A DNA stretch of 64,000 bases. It comes from Auanema rhodensis. Its lineage: Eukaryota > Animalia > Nematoda. Below are positions 12,590 through 26,313 of this stretch, piece after piece; positions within the stretch are counted from its first letter, which is position 1; each line of letters begins with the position of its first letter. A program made the translations under genes and the position numbers. The notes beneath the pieces were generated by a model. It did no database searches and had not been told where the DNA came from. It worked only from the letters and a program-made list of their open reading frames with translations. Where the stretch lies: NCBI GenBank assembly GCA_964057225.1, contig OZ059896.1:17112001-17176000 (forward strand), read 5' to 3'.

Positions 12590-14311
12590 CTTTCCTTCTC
12601 TCTCACTTTCTCTTCTCGGTCACAACGTTTCAAGTTCATATTAGCAATGGATGGTAATGAAAATAATTATTCAACAAAGGTTCAATATATAATATGTTTG
12701 TTAAATGAAAAGCATGAATTTAATTACAAAATAGTCTTGTATATATGTATCTTTTCATATAAATATCTATAGACTTTACTATATTTGCACTTTTTTTATT
12801 AACTATTATATGAATTATAAACATATGATAAGAAGGTTGTCGTATTTTCTTTTCCATAAATATAATATAGAAAGTTCCAGCAACGTTTGTATCTGCTTTT
12901 CTCTCTTTCTCTTTCTCTCTTAAACCCTTTCCACCCTCTCTCTCCCCTCTCTTTCTCTCTCCCCTCTATCTCCCCTTTTTTCTTTCTCTTTCTTCTTAGA
13001 AAGTATTCTTACCATGTTAGTACTGATGAAAGCAGATGTATGTATAATTCATAAACGAAAATATCAGATTCTCCCATCATAAGTCGGCTGAGATAGTAAT
13101 TTACGAGGATAACTGTGCAATTCTTTTGTTGAGAAATGTACTTTTGTCTCTCATACATTACTAGAGAGCACCAAACCTTTTGATGATGATGATGATGATC
13201 ATTCTATGGAGCAGTAGCAGCATTAGTAACTTCACTGAAATAGCTCTATAGCTCTCTATATGAGAATGATGATTTTCATTGTTATAATTTTTTATTTAAT
13301 AATAATAATAATAATATTTAATATTATATATTTGAATAAATGAGAACAATTTATTGAATGAATAACAAATCACAATCGCTTGAGCGTAGTTTCCTATATA
13401 TCTACATAGAAAATTGAAATTAACAAAAAATAAATTTTCTATATGTTGTTTACCAGTTTGGAAGACATATTGGTCATATTTGTGGAAAAAAATATATTTA
13501 TATGAATAAATATATACTTAGGCATATGAGAAATACTGTATACATACTTTAATTCTGAGAAAGAGCAAATAAGAGGCATAATGGTTAATAAGGGAAAGAT
13601 ATAAAGAGAGAGAGAGAAATTGAGAGAGAGAAAGAGAGAGAGAGGGAGGGAGATAAAGAGTGATATAGAGAGGAAAGGGGGGATTGAGAGGAAAGGCTGA
13701 TAAGGAAGCCAAAATTGTAAAAAGGTGATCTAGGAAGGTGCAAGTAATGGCAAGGAGCAGGCAAAAAGAGATATAAAAGGAAAAAACTTTTAAAGATTTT
13801 CTATGTCTCTCTCTCTCTTTCTTTTTCTCTTTTTTTTCTTATTTTTCCGACTATTTCACTCTCTATCTTTTTTAGTTTAGCTCCGTAGTTGGTCGTTGTT
13901 GAAACATTAGAGGAAATATAGCCGTTTTCGCATTTTTTCTTAAATATAATATTAGCTGCATAACAAGAATGACGTTTTAATAACAAATTTTACTCCATAG
14001 AAGGCTATTGAAACACATTTTTGGCATAATTTTGGTTCATTTTCCCCTTTTTTCTTTTATATCCTCATAGACTTTTGAATTTACCGAAAATCGGCAAAAA
14101 AAAAATTTAAAAGTTGGTGGCGCATACTTTAGTTCAGTTTTTCACTAAAAATAAAAGGAAAAAAAGTGAGGTAAAATATGATTTCTTCATAAACAAATTT
14201 GGGAGTAAAATCAAAAAAAACAGGAAAAGATGTTATAAATGACCATGAGATTGTTGTTTTTTTGTGTTGGAATTGAAAATATGGCAAAACAAAAAAGGAG
14301 AAAGAGTAGAG

Positions 14312-17273
14312 TTAAAGCATTTGATCTCCAGGTAATGTTGTATCTGTGAATGTCGTTGTTAGAAATACACCGGATTTCTTACAATCTGACCTTGCAGAGG
14401 AGATTGGCATGACCTAAACATGATAATTGTAATGTTTTAAAAGTTTGTATGAATGAATAACATACGTGATGTGATGCTCGACTAGGCTCTGCGTGAGCTT
14501 TTGTAGAATACAAAGACTGCTTACGATGTCGTTGAAAGACGGATTGAATAGCTGATCGAAATTGAGGATTAAACCACGAATAAATAACTGGGTTTAGCAC
14601 AGCAGACATCATAGCAGTTACATGACATAATGCAAAAACCTAAAACATTTAACGTTTGAGATTTTGTTCAGAAAAAAATTGAAAAAATATAAAATTTCTA
14701 TACGAGATATACGATTTTTTTTGGAAAAAAAAATTATAATGGGTGGCATTGTGAAAAGAAAATGTGATGGTGCAAAAACTGCTCAAAATTTAGTTTGACA
14801 GTAGTTATTTGAAAAGAATAATGAAATTGAAAGATTTGCAAACAGAGAGAGCCAGAGAGAGAGAGAGAGCGAGAGAGAAAATGATCTCAAAAATTAAAAA
14901 AAAATTAAATAAAAGCTAAATTGAACGTACCATTGTAAACCAGGTTGTAACAGTAAATGTTGATATGAGATCACGATATAGATTTATACAGTTAATAGGT
15001 ACCCAAGCAAAAATAAATCCAAGCACCATAACAATCATCATTCTGAAAAAATGAATTTTAGAAAATAATTTGCAAAATTGCATTGATAGATCCACATACT
15101 CTGTTTATATACAGTTGTTGTACTTGGTGATTTTAGTTCTTACTCTCTAACTCTCCTTACAAGTTTCGTCACCGTTCTCCTCTCTCTCTCTCTCTCTCTC
15201 TTTCTCTTTCTCTCCCTCACTTCTTTATATGTCCCTTTACTAATTTTCAGTAATATTTCCCCAGCTTTTCTTGCTGTGTCTCTTCCTCGTTTCTATATAT
15301 TTCAAATCTTTATCACAATTTTTAATATTGTTCCACCTGTTTTTTCGGTAACAAGAGAAGAAAACATACTTATTAGCTCGACTTTTGCGACTAACGAGTT
15401 TCATTTCAGATTCCGGCAACAGAGTTTGTCCACCCCTTCTTCGTTCTAATTGACTATCCATAACTCGACTGATTATATAATAGCAGATGGATGATATCAG
15501 AGCCGGAATACCAAACTGCAGTACTAGAACTGTTAAACCATAGATCCGTCGCTGATTTGATCGACCAAGAGCCTCGTTATAATCAGGCCTGAAATATCAT
15601 AAAATATCATGATTATGCTTGTAAAAATTCATAAATAAATAGAAAAATAAAGATTATTTTTAACTTATAATATTATAAGTTAATAACTCTTACACGTGAT
15701 TATCATATTGTTAGTTTATTTAAACTCTCGTTCTCTCTCTTTTCGTTTTCCCCAAAGAGTTGTCGTTACTAGTTGTTTTCTGATTCATTCATTTTAAAAC
15801 TAACCATTGTTCTTCACAAAAAACTCCACAAAGTCCAGGATATGCTGCTTCACCCGAATTTATTCCAGTTGGTAAAGCTAAAGCATATCCCAATGCCCAG
15901 ATTCCTATTACAACTAATACAGCTCGATTATAATTTATTATCTATAAAATTAAAAATAATTAAATTCAAAAATCAATTATTTGATAAATATAATTAAAAA
16001 AATGAATTATGTTGTAAAACGAACCTCTTTACTTGGTTTTGTAATTAATAAAACTCGATCAATGGCTATAACAGTGAGTGTAAAACTCGAGACAAAAATA
16101 CTGCCTCCCTGTAAATATAAAAGAAATTAATAATTAGAGTTTCATGCTCTTGCTTTCTCTTTCTCTCTATTTCTCTCTTTCTCTCTCTCTTTGCATTTCT
16201 CTCTGTTGTTTTACTCATTTTCTCATTCAATAAATGGTAGTCAACTTGTGAAGATATTCAGGTCTCAACCTGAATGTTTAGGAAGGATTAAATCTGACTC
16301 ACACATCTGAGAGAATTAAAAAGATTAGAAATGTTTTTTGTGTTCAAAATTACAAAAAATGACAAAAAAATGAGAAAAAAAAGTTTTAAACAAGGATTTA
16401 ACGCCTTAATTATGGCATATGGTTCATCATCATCCATCAATAGAGATGTATGAAAATGTTGTCATTTTGCTTATAAAGCATTTAAAAGCAAAATATAAAA
16501 TATTACAGGATAAACGAACCTTTTTTCTTTTTATTAAAACCTCTCATTTCAATCATGTTTTTGGTTTAAAGCATGGTTTTAGAAGGCTTTTACACGCATA
16601 CAACAACATACAACATACATACATACACACTCTCTCTCTCCTCTCTTAAGAAAAAACTTAAGAGTCATTAGATCATCTATGGCTTCTACCTCTCTCTCAC
16701 ACATTCTCAATCTATCTATCTAGCTCATACATCGTTTTCTCTTCTCATCTCTCTCTTGAGCTTGTTACTAGTTTTTCTAACCAATACAAATCATATTTAC
16801 CTGAAAAATGCCGATAAGCTTGCAAAATATTGATGGAAATATCCAAACACGACTAAAGATTGTAATAGCTGTTATGGGAAGGCTTGTTAAGCTCATTAAT
16901 AAATCTGATACCGCTAGACATCCTATGAATATGCTTCGAACTGATAACGATACCTGGAAAATGGTATAAATATTAGAGAATTAATACGGATTTCACGTCT
17001 TTCTTTGCCAAAAATGGGATTTTCAGCTTTTTTTTTTGCAAAAATTACGTAACAAATGGAATAGCAGAATCAATTATTATCCATTATGTGAAAGAAAAAA
17101 AAATAAATGAAAAGCCTTACCTGATTAAATGATACAACATACAAGACGAGAGAATTACCAACTATGCCAGCTACCCATACCATAGAGTACAGTACACCAA
17201 ATATTAATTGAACTGTGAATTCATCTATCAGTTCTGCGGATGATTCTTGAATTGTTGTACAGTTTGTGCTCAT
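14312..17273 (-). CDS. npr-3: NPY/RFamide-type neuropeptide GPCR, NPR-3 orthologue
   Basis: Eight exons (17121-17273, 16801-16953, 16025-16108, 15805-15941, 15370-15588, 14931-15042, 14466-14639, 14312-14413) give a 7TM protein with GNSLV, LAVSD, IAIDR, WVP, NPVIYSWFNPQFR and C-terminal GDQML*. FNQVSLSVR and PESEMKLVSRK match my recollection of C. elegans NPR-3. Confidence 0.9.
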
Positions 17274-18659
17274 CTGGAGATAAGTGAATGTGAATACTTT
17301 TGAAATGAAGTCAGTAAGCCTCGTGGAAGCGAAAAAATGGAAAGCTAAATACGAAGAATTAAGAAGAGTATGGTGAAAGAAGAGAGAGAGAGAGAGAAAA
17401 AGGTATCAGTAAAAAAAAGAAAAAGAAATATTGAAGATATATATGAAATAGAAAGAGGGAAAGAAAAGCAAAATGTCTATGAGTAAGTAAGAGAGTGAGA
17501 TTAAGATGAGGTGACAGAAAACCATGAGCTAACGAAAAAATTGACAAAAAAAGAGACGGACAGAGATGAAAGAGAAGAAGAAGTGTAGGAGGAGGACGCA
17601 CGGACGGATTTAAGAAGATGACGAGTGAGGAACGACAAGCATGGAATGGACTCAGGATGAAGGAAGGCATTGGAGCAAAAACAGACAACGACCCAGCAAA
17701 AATTAAAGAAAAGAGAGAGAGAGAGAGAATAAGGGAGAGTATGAAGAAAAGGAGTGAGAAATGAAGAAACAGATAGAATTTGAAGAGTAAGGAACTAGGA
17801 GGTCTATAGAGATGATAGGTACACATAGAAGAAGAGAATGAAAAGATATAAGCTATGTATATCCTGGATATGAAAATAGAAAGATGGAATGAGGGCATTC
17901 GGCGTGTTAGGAAAAATAGTGAGAAAGAGAGAGAAATGAGGAAGATAAAGAAAAAAAAAGAAAATTAAGGTTTGACACATAATATAAGAGAGATGATATG
18001 AGAAACAGGCAATGAAGTACAGCAATATCATCAAGAATCATACTACCATATATAGAATGAAAGCGAAATATATGATAAGTCACATAAGATTAGAAATAAA
18101 ATTAAAAAGTTAAATGAAATGAACTCATGAGAAATAATTAAAAATTTTTCATTGAACTTGCTTTGTCCCTTATTTTCCCTCTTTATATCTTTTGCGTATC
18201 CGATCTTCCTTCTCATCTCGTACTCAGTTCTCGCTTGCCACTGCCCATTCTCACTCCCTCCCCCTCTCTTTCTCTCTCTCTCTCTCTCTATCTTACTCTA
18301 CTTCTCTTCCCTTCTATCTCAATCTCTATTTCCCTTTTTTCTATAATATATTACCTTTTTCTATTTAACTCCCTCCTGTGTGAATTGTTTTCTATTCTAA
18401 TGTTTTATATAGATGTTCAAGTTGAGTTAAAAATTCTACCACTCTGAGAGACAATACGATAAAAATGGAATTTTCAACTGGCTATTATTCTAAGAACTAG
18501 GAGATGCCAGAATATGCTCAACAGGTTCGGTGCGAGAATATCTGCAAAATGTTGAAATGAACAATTCAAAAGTGCTCGAAAAATATGAAAAGTTGGAATA
18601 CGTTAAAGGAAAAGAAATTGACATAGTGAATGAGAAAGGGAACAACGAAAGATAGTGGG

Positions 18660-18718
<59 letters not shown>

Positions 18719-19419
18719 ATGTGAGAGGGTTAGAAGTAGATTGAAAAATTGACTGTGAGGGAAAGATGTTAAAAAGTTAAACAAAATGTGCGATAAAGAA
18801 AGAGAACGAGAGAAAGAGAGATATATAAAGAGAGAGCGAGAGATAGAGATGGAGAGATAGAGAGAGAAAGAGAATTGTTGAAAGTGACACAACCGCTTTG
18901 TATGACGGCTCAAAACAAAATGATGTTCAACCGATTTTTTTTTCTTCACGTAATGTATTCGCGTAAAATCTGAGGGCCATTCTCAAAAATCTAATTAAGT
19001 AATAAACTAAAATAATAGTTAAAACAAATAATTTCATAGCATATAGAAAAAAGAAAAAGAACAATTTCTTTTTATTTGTTTTTTTTTCATTTTTAAGTTC
19101 ATAATACATACATATTTAGCCAACAAGTGATGTGAAATATTCTGACATGGTGGCTGAGATAATCAAATTGTAATAATTCTCAGTTAAATCATGGAAATTC
19201 TCAAAAAAACATTCAAACTTTGAAGAATATAAAGAGAATATACTTAAAATCTTCTATTCATATTATGTATACTATGTATGTATATAAGATTTTCAGTTTT
19301 GATGCATCGCATGCACTATGAATGAGCAAAAAATGCCTCAAGCGGTAACGAAGATGATCATAAAGCAGGGAATCTCATCAGTGATACAAGCATACAGAGA
19401 AATAAAAGAGATAGAGAGC

Positions 19420-19422
<3 letters not shown>

Positions 19423-19459
<37 letters not shown>
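19423..19459. repeat. (AG)n microsatellite
   Basis: About 18 AG units. Confidence 0.95.
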
Positions 19460-19462
<3 letters not shown>

Positions 19463-20451
19463 TACATAGAAAATGATATAAAAAGAAATAATTTTTTAAT
19501 AGATTACTCCCTGAAGATTGAATCCTGTAGGAGTGCAACTAAGATTACAACTATAATTATGTAAATTATATATGATTTTTGAGTTAAAATGATCAAATTA
19601 TAACAACACATATCTATATTATACTTTAATTTTCTGTCTTATACTAAATATTTCAAGTTTCAAACAAAAATATTGAATAATATGTATATGGATATTTAGA
19701 AGGAGAACAGACAGGCTTTAAGTCAAATGAAAGCATGTGGACAAGAATACGAAACTATTTTTATTTTTCCAAATACATTTTTTTTACTTACAAATGTTTC
19801 TAATACAACAAATCAAGAAACCTGAGCTTTTTGGTTTTCTATCCGGCTATTAAAACTGATTACATCATGATTTGTTTCCCTTACAGACTATATGAAAACA
19901 AAAGGAGAGTAAAACCTTTTTTTCTATCTCTCTTTCTCTCTCTCTCTCTATCTTCCTTATATACTCTATTACTATTTCTTTTATCTCTAATACTCTCTTA
20001 TTATAACAAAATATTTCATTCTCTTTATGTATAATTCTCTTCCTGTTTCATATTCTCTCGTATGCAATCTCTTTTTGTACCGGAAATAAAACAATTTCTC
20101 TTTGAAAAAATTGAGCTTTTCAGCTGTTTATAGCATTTTTCATGTCATTGCAACATCAAAATGCAAAAATCTCATCGTTTTCTAATTGTCTTCATCAGTT
20201 TGCTACAAACTGCAAAATGATTTCTATGACTAGAGGATATGAGTACTATTTTCATTAAATTAGTAAAATGATGTCAGAGTGGCAAATAAACAAAAACATG
20301 GAGAGAAAAGCAAATTCAAAGACAAATAAACGCTTGTTCATTGAACTATCCACTTCATGTTGCTAACAAATTGGCAGAAAAAGTAACAGAGAATAACAAA
20401 TTTAGTCATTTTCTAGCCATTTCATTCTCACGTTGTCACTTCTTTCTGTAT

Positions 20452-20514
20452 TGTGGTGGATAGGCGTAAGTTGCGTGCTTCATTGGTCTAACGTGCTTGG
20501 TCTGCTTCACCACA
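20452..20514 (+). ncRNA. Candidate pre-miRNA-like hairpin
   Basis: About 23 bp stem with several G-U pairs (TGTGGTGGA/TTCACCACA, TAGGC/GTCTG, TAAG/CTTG, TGCGT/ACGTG) and a 14-nt loop. Confidence 0.3.
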
Positions 20515-21362
20515 TTAAGCTTTTTTAATACTAATAATAGGTTATCGTACTGTTGTGCCAAAGGAAAGAAAATTATGTTCAATTGAAGTGGACGGAAAGA
20601 GAGAGAGAGAGAGAGTGAATGAGTGAGAGAGAGAGAAAGAGAACGGTGAAAAGGAAGAAGAATTTTTTTAGAGAGAGAATGAAATCAAAAACAATAAAAC
20701 CTAAAAAGGAATTTTATAAATAAATAATTGCATTTTTAATGTTTTTTCGAAATTTTAATTAGACATCTTCGCAGACATTTTTTTGATTTCGTATACCATA
20801 TCAGACAAATGTTGTTGACAAGGTTGTATAAGGTTTGTTGCTGGTATCGATGATTGTTCTAATGATTATGATGGTTGATGATGACGATGTCAAATGATAA
20901 TTGTCCTGACTAATGAGGATCAGATATCCGAAATTGGAGTTTTTATCGAGTTGCAATACGTCAATTGGTCATAAGATTAAAACTATAAGCTAAATATGTA
21001 TGGAATATAGGATTTATATGTATAAATATCAGATATAAAGATAGATATATAGATATATAGATATGTATATATATATATATATTTGTTTATTTATTTATTT
21101 ATGTATACAGAGATTTACGGAGTTATTTTGAAAAAAAAATGAAGAAGAAGAAGAAGAATTTTCTCTGAAAAAAATAGAAAAGGAATAATAGACAGTTTGA
21201 AAAGGCAAAATAGAATATGCAGAAGAGAGAAAAAGCCAAGTAACAAAGAAGAAAAAGACGACGAAAACTGTTTTTAAAAATTATTTCATTGAATTGATTG
21301 CAGCAGAATGACTTGAGTAAATTAAAATCGAGAAATATAGTCTGGATGTACATATATGTGGT

Positions 21363-21364
<2 letters not shown>

Positions 21365-21404
<40 letters not shown>
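21365..21404. repeat. (TA)n microsatellite
   Basis: About 20 TA units. Confidence 0.95.
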
Positions 21405-21411
<7 letters not shown>

Positions 21412-24400
21412 TTTATATATTTATTTATATATATGTGTGGTTGGTTTGGACGAAGGGAAATAGAAGAGGGTTGGGCTTGAAAGAATGACGGAAAGGAAGG
21501 ATGGTATGGTATGGATGTTATGGTAGTTAGCTTATATATGTAGTTATCACATGAAAAATGAATTAAAGAATTGAATATTGGAATAAGTATAAAACTGAAG
21601 AAGGAATTGCAAAATGAATCATATTTAGCAAAAAGTTGTGCAGAGTTTTGACTTTAAAAACATTCAGTACAAAAGGAGATAGTTGCTGAAATAGCATTGG
21701 AAGAAATGGAGAAAGTGAAGAATTTTAAAAAAAAGAAGGAGGGAGCAGAGGATAGCGATTACCATAAATGAGCAATGAAGAGGCCTGAAAGTGAAAAAAG
21801 GTCGAAGAAGTCAAGAAAAGGTATGAAAAGGGTTTGGAGAAATAAAAATAGGTAGAGGGGTAAAAACTACAAAAGTATAGGGAGAGTAAATATAGAGTTA
21901 AACAGTTAGAGAGAGAAAAGAGAGAGAAAGAGAGAGAGAGAGAAGAGAAAGAGAGAAAGAGAGAGTGGGGTGGAGTCTATAGTGTACTCTTTTAGGTGGA
22001 AGGTTTTTCTTTGTTTCTCAAATCTTAGAAATTTTGACAGAAAAAAGCAAAAGCTGTTATTAAACTGTTGGGCCACTAGTTGAGTATATGATTTTTGAGT
22101 TCTTTTTATAAACTTTTGCTATCTGAGAGAGAAAGACAGCGAGGGGGGGATGGGAGGGGGGTGTTGGATTCTGAAGGCATATAGAAATCATACATGCTGA
22201 CGAAGATGACGAATAGGAAAAAGAACGTAAATAGCTTTGAAATTTCTTCCTCTCCAGTATCTAGTGGAGAGTGTGAAAAATGAAGAAGCGAAAAGAAAAG
22301 TTCAAACTTCTCATTTGCAATATACTCAGACATACGTGGACGCTGCTGGACTTTTTGGAAAAAGTGAGAGAGGATGATGATGAACAAATAAAAAAAAATT
22401 CTATATAACATAGTAATATAAAAATAAAATGAATAGTTATTAGCATTTATGAAATTTTAGGAGAGAAACAGAGAATACAAGAGAGAAAAGGAGGCGGAGG
22501 TTAAAGAAGAGAGTGGATAGAATTAGAGAGATCGTAGCATTGCAGAGTTACGAGGTAGAGAGTATTAAGGATTGAAAGCAAAGCAATATCCGCAGTGAAG
22601 AGGATGCTTATAAGCAAAGGGTTGAATACATGAATACAGTGAATATTCTGAATGAATCAATCAATTGCCAAACGATAATGCTTATGAAATCATAATGATG
22701 ATGATCATCATCATCATAATCATAAAGCTACAACATTGAGCTTTATCCTAATAGTTCAATTCAATAAGTGAAATATGATGTTATATGATGAGATTTGTAT
22801 AAATTATTTCAATTAAAAACTACATTATGTCAGACAAAAAAAAGGAAAAAAACTGAAAATCTAAACATAATATCATTCATATTCCGAGAGTTGAACAGAT
22901 TGAATGCAATTAGCAGAAATTTAATTAAATTGTATGTCTAGAAGGTATTTCGATAGATTATACTTTTCAGATGTCCTTGGCTTTTTGAAAGTTTTATTCA
23001 TTTAAATAGACATAGATAGATATTCATATGAATATTTTGAGAAAAGAAATATGTAAAATTGAAAATTTTTTATTTTCTTTTATATATTCATACGTATCAC
23101 TTATTATGTATGATGTATATTACACTCTAATATATATATATATATATATACTTGCCTCACTCTCCCCTACCTCTTCTACATCTCTCACGATGATTTTTCA
23201 TCGAAATCGAAAAATGAAATAAAATAAATTAATCAGAAATAACGTTGAAAACCTGGATTGAGTGAATTGGTGTTCTTTAATGTATAACACATGAGATTGC
23301 GTGTTATTTTGTACGTTGATGACGAAGAAAACGAGAAGAGAGAGAGAGAGAGAGAGATAGGGAGAGAGGGAGAGAGAGAGTTGTCAAAAAGGTTAAAGAA
23401 AGAAGTAGAGGCTGTGAGAAGACTTAAGAGAATAAGAAAATGCCTCATAGAGAGATATCTAAGTAGCAGTTTTTCCTAAGTACTTAGATTATTCGTCAGA
23501 AAAATTGGTTCCTGTTCCTCTAGTTATGTTGAGTATTATCTTATTTTACAGAAAGCTCCGGCAAAGCGCAAGGGAATGTTAGTAAAGGGAACAAAACTAT
23601 GACATGTAAGGTTATATATCCTTTTGGGAGTAAAACAGAATCAGTTTACAGACTGAATGCTCAAGAACGATGGCACAAGAGAGGTCTGAAGGGGAGGAGG
23701 AATAGGAGGGGAGGTCTACAGAGAAAAACAGGCAACATCAACATCAGTAGCAGCAACAGCAACAGCGGCAGAAGAAGCAGAAACAGAAACATGTGAAGCA
23801 GAAAAAAAAAAGAAGCAAAAAAGGTTCAGAAGACTCAGAGAGGAAATGTTAAAAAAGGAAGAGAAACCAATGTGAGCTGAAAGCAGAGAAATCAGTCAAC
23901 GTAATGGATACAGCTCAGATAGGGTAACAGACAAACGACACAGAAGAATAAAAGAAGCAATAATCTTTACAAATCAGACAAAAAAAACAAATTTGAAAAC
24001 AGAGGTCAGTTGAGAATAAATTGAAAAGTATTCATAGCCAGAAGAAAATGGTGTTTGTCTTACTATTTCTGAGGCAATAAAAGAAAGAAAAAAGTTTATT
24101 ATGTGAGTAAAGTTGAGAAAAACTGTTGATTTTAAGAAATTTGTAGTAAAAAATCATGAATACTAGATATATGTCATGAATATCCATGTACAAAACTATG
24201 TACTATATATGCATATCAATCTAAAAATTAAAAAATAAGTCAAATTATATAATAAATGAAAAAGAATATATGACGAATAATCAGAGATGAATTAATTTTT
24301 TTTTTTTTTGAAAAAATTAATAATTAAAGATGAAACGATGTGAAAAAAATTAAAAAATCATGGAATTAAGATGGATGACGCTGTAAACAGAAAAAAAGAG

Positions 24401-25088
24401 TCGAAGAGTCAAAAAACGTGAATTTTATAAGGAAATAAAGAAAAAAGAAACTAAAGAGTTCAGATAATAAATAAAGGAAATATGAATTAAGATGCCAATT
24501 AGATTCAAAAAAAAGTTATTCCTCTCATGGTCAATAAGACAACAAATTCGATAAAATCTTGAAGAATCGTATGATAAAACGAGATTGATGAAAGAGGCAC
24601 TTAGAAGCTTTGTCAGGTGGATTATGAATTTTTACAACGATCATCAAACGATTAGTGAGAGCATTTAGAGGAATTGAGCAGAAAGTAAAGATGATGAAGA
24701 AGACGACAGCAGGAGCAGAATCATAATTCATAGTTGTCTGATTTGATTATAATGGAGGAATGAAGCAGCATAAGTTCGTTTCAATGATTTAAATCTGGAA
24801 AAATGCTGATGTTGAAACAGTTATATAGAAGATGATTAAAGAATTAAGTCATGAATCAACATAGTTAAAAGGAATAAACAGAGGAAATAATCGTAATATT
24901 ACCATATACATAGATATTTATATATGAATGAGATATATACTATATATTTAGTTATTTATAACAGAAAAAAAATATAAATCATACTTAATATTATAGTAAA
25001 AATTGACATTTATTGTCGAATAGTTAAAATATTCTATTCGTAGTAAGGAAAATGAAAGATTCCGAAAAATCATATCAAGAGTATAGAG

Positions 25089-25093
<5 letters not shown>

Positions 25094-25134
<41 letters not shown>
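25094..25134. repeat. (AG)n microsatellite
   Basis: About 20 AG units. Confidence 0.95.
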
Positions 25135-25137
<3 letters not shown>

Positions 25138-26228
25138 TTAAAAAAAGAACAGAGAGCAATAAATGCAAGAGCAGAGAGTTGAGAAGTTAAAACTGATCCC
25201 CGTGAAAACTATTAATCTGCTATCCTTTTTTTTCTCTCTATCATTGTACTCTCTATCAATTTATTCTTTCAATCGTTCTCTCTTTCTCTCATTCTCTTAC
25301 TATATACTTCGTTGATCTCCAGTATTATCTAAAATGGTCTGTCAACCTGTTGCTGTTTTACGTTCTCGCTGGAATTTTCCTCTTCTTTCTCTTTCTCCCT
25401 CCCTCTCTATCTCTGTTTCTCTCTTTTTCAAGTCTATTAGAGTTCTTCATGGCCATTCGCCTTGATTTCAACGGCATCATGATGTTTGTTTTAAAAAAAA
25501 ACCAAGAACGTGTTCAAACGAGGGGCGTTCCCTCCGAAAAAAAAAGATGAAACTCAATTGGTGTCCTGTTTGATTAGTTGCTCATTGAATATGTTTCAAA
25601 ATTTCCATAGAAAAAAGCTCATTTAAATTTTAATTAAGATAAATTTTTCATGAACATAACGAAACTGTCAAAAACAAGAAAAATAAAATTAAAAAATGAA
25701 TCACCAATGAGTCTCTTCTACCGGTGACGGTAGTATACCACTGTCTCACATGTTACTCACATTCTATATTAATCTTATTATTCCTGTTGATTATTTACTT
25801 TAATTTTTCCTTTTTTTTCTATTTTTACAAAATCATATAATATGTTTCGAATACAATAGATAATAGTGATAGTAGATGATATGTACATGAGTTTCGAGTG
25901 CTTGCTGCAGTGTACATCAGTCAAGTGAGCGGGGCTCATCATCATCAAGAGTCTAAAGACATCAGCAACAATATTATGATGATGTTGATGATGATGAAAC
26001 AAGGAGAATCCCGGTATCCAGACATTTGGCTGCACCCCCTTCCCCCACCCTCATCTCTTCATCTGGTCATCCAGAAAAAGAATTTTTCCGTTCAATCCTC
26101 AAATAGGAAATACAACATTTGCTCTGCTTTTTGGTGCAGAAATCTGCGCAACAAAATATTTCTTTTCCTGTCGTCGATCATTCGTTAGCTCACTCACCTT
26201 AGTCCAACTACTCTCTTCTTTCATTCTT

Positions 26229-26243
26229 CTCTCTATCTCTCTA

Positions 26244-26313
<70 letters not shown>
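26229..26313. repeat. (CT)n microsatellite, interrupted
   Basis: Long CT run with a few interruptions. Confidence 0.95.

Noticed and set aside
17359-18949. Long L/S/F-rich ORFs (179 aa, 127 aa and similar ones to 39 kb)
   Set aside because: They are translations of CT/AG microsatellites and polypyrimidine tracts, which lack stop codons. No splice structure or domains.
25937-25996. 13-bp inverted repeat TCATCATCATCAA/TTGATGATGATGA
   Set aside because: It arises from opposed (TCA)n/(TGA)n trinucleotide runs, which are common in this window.
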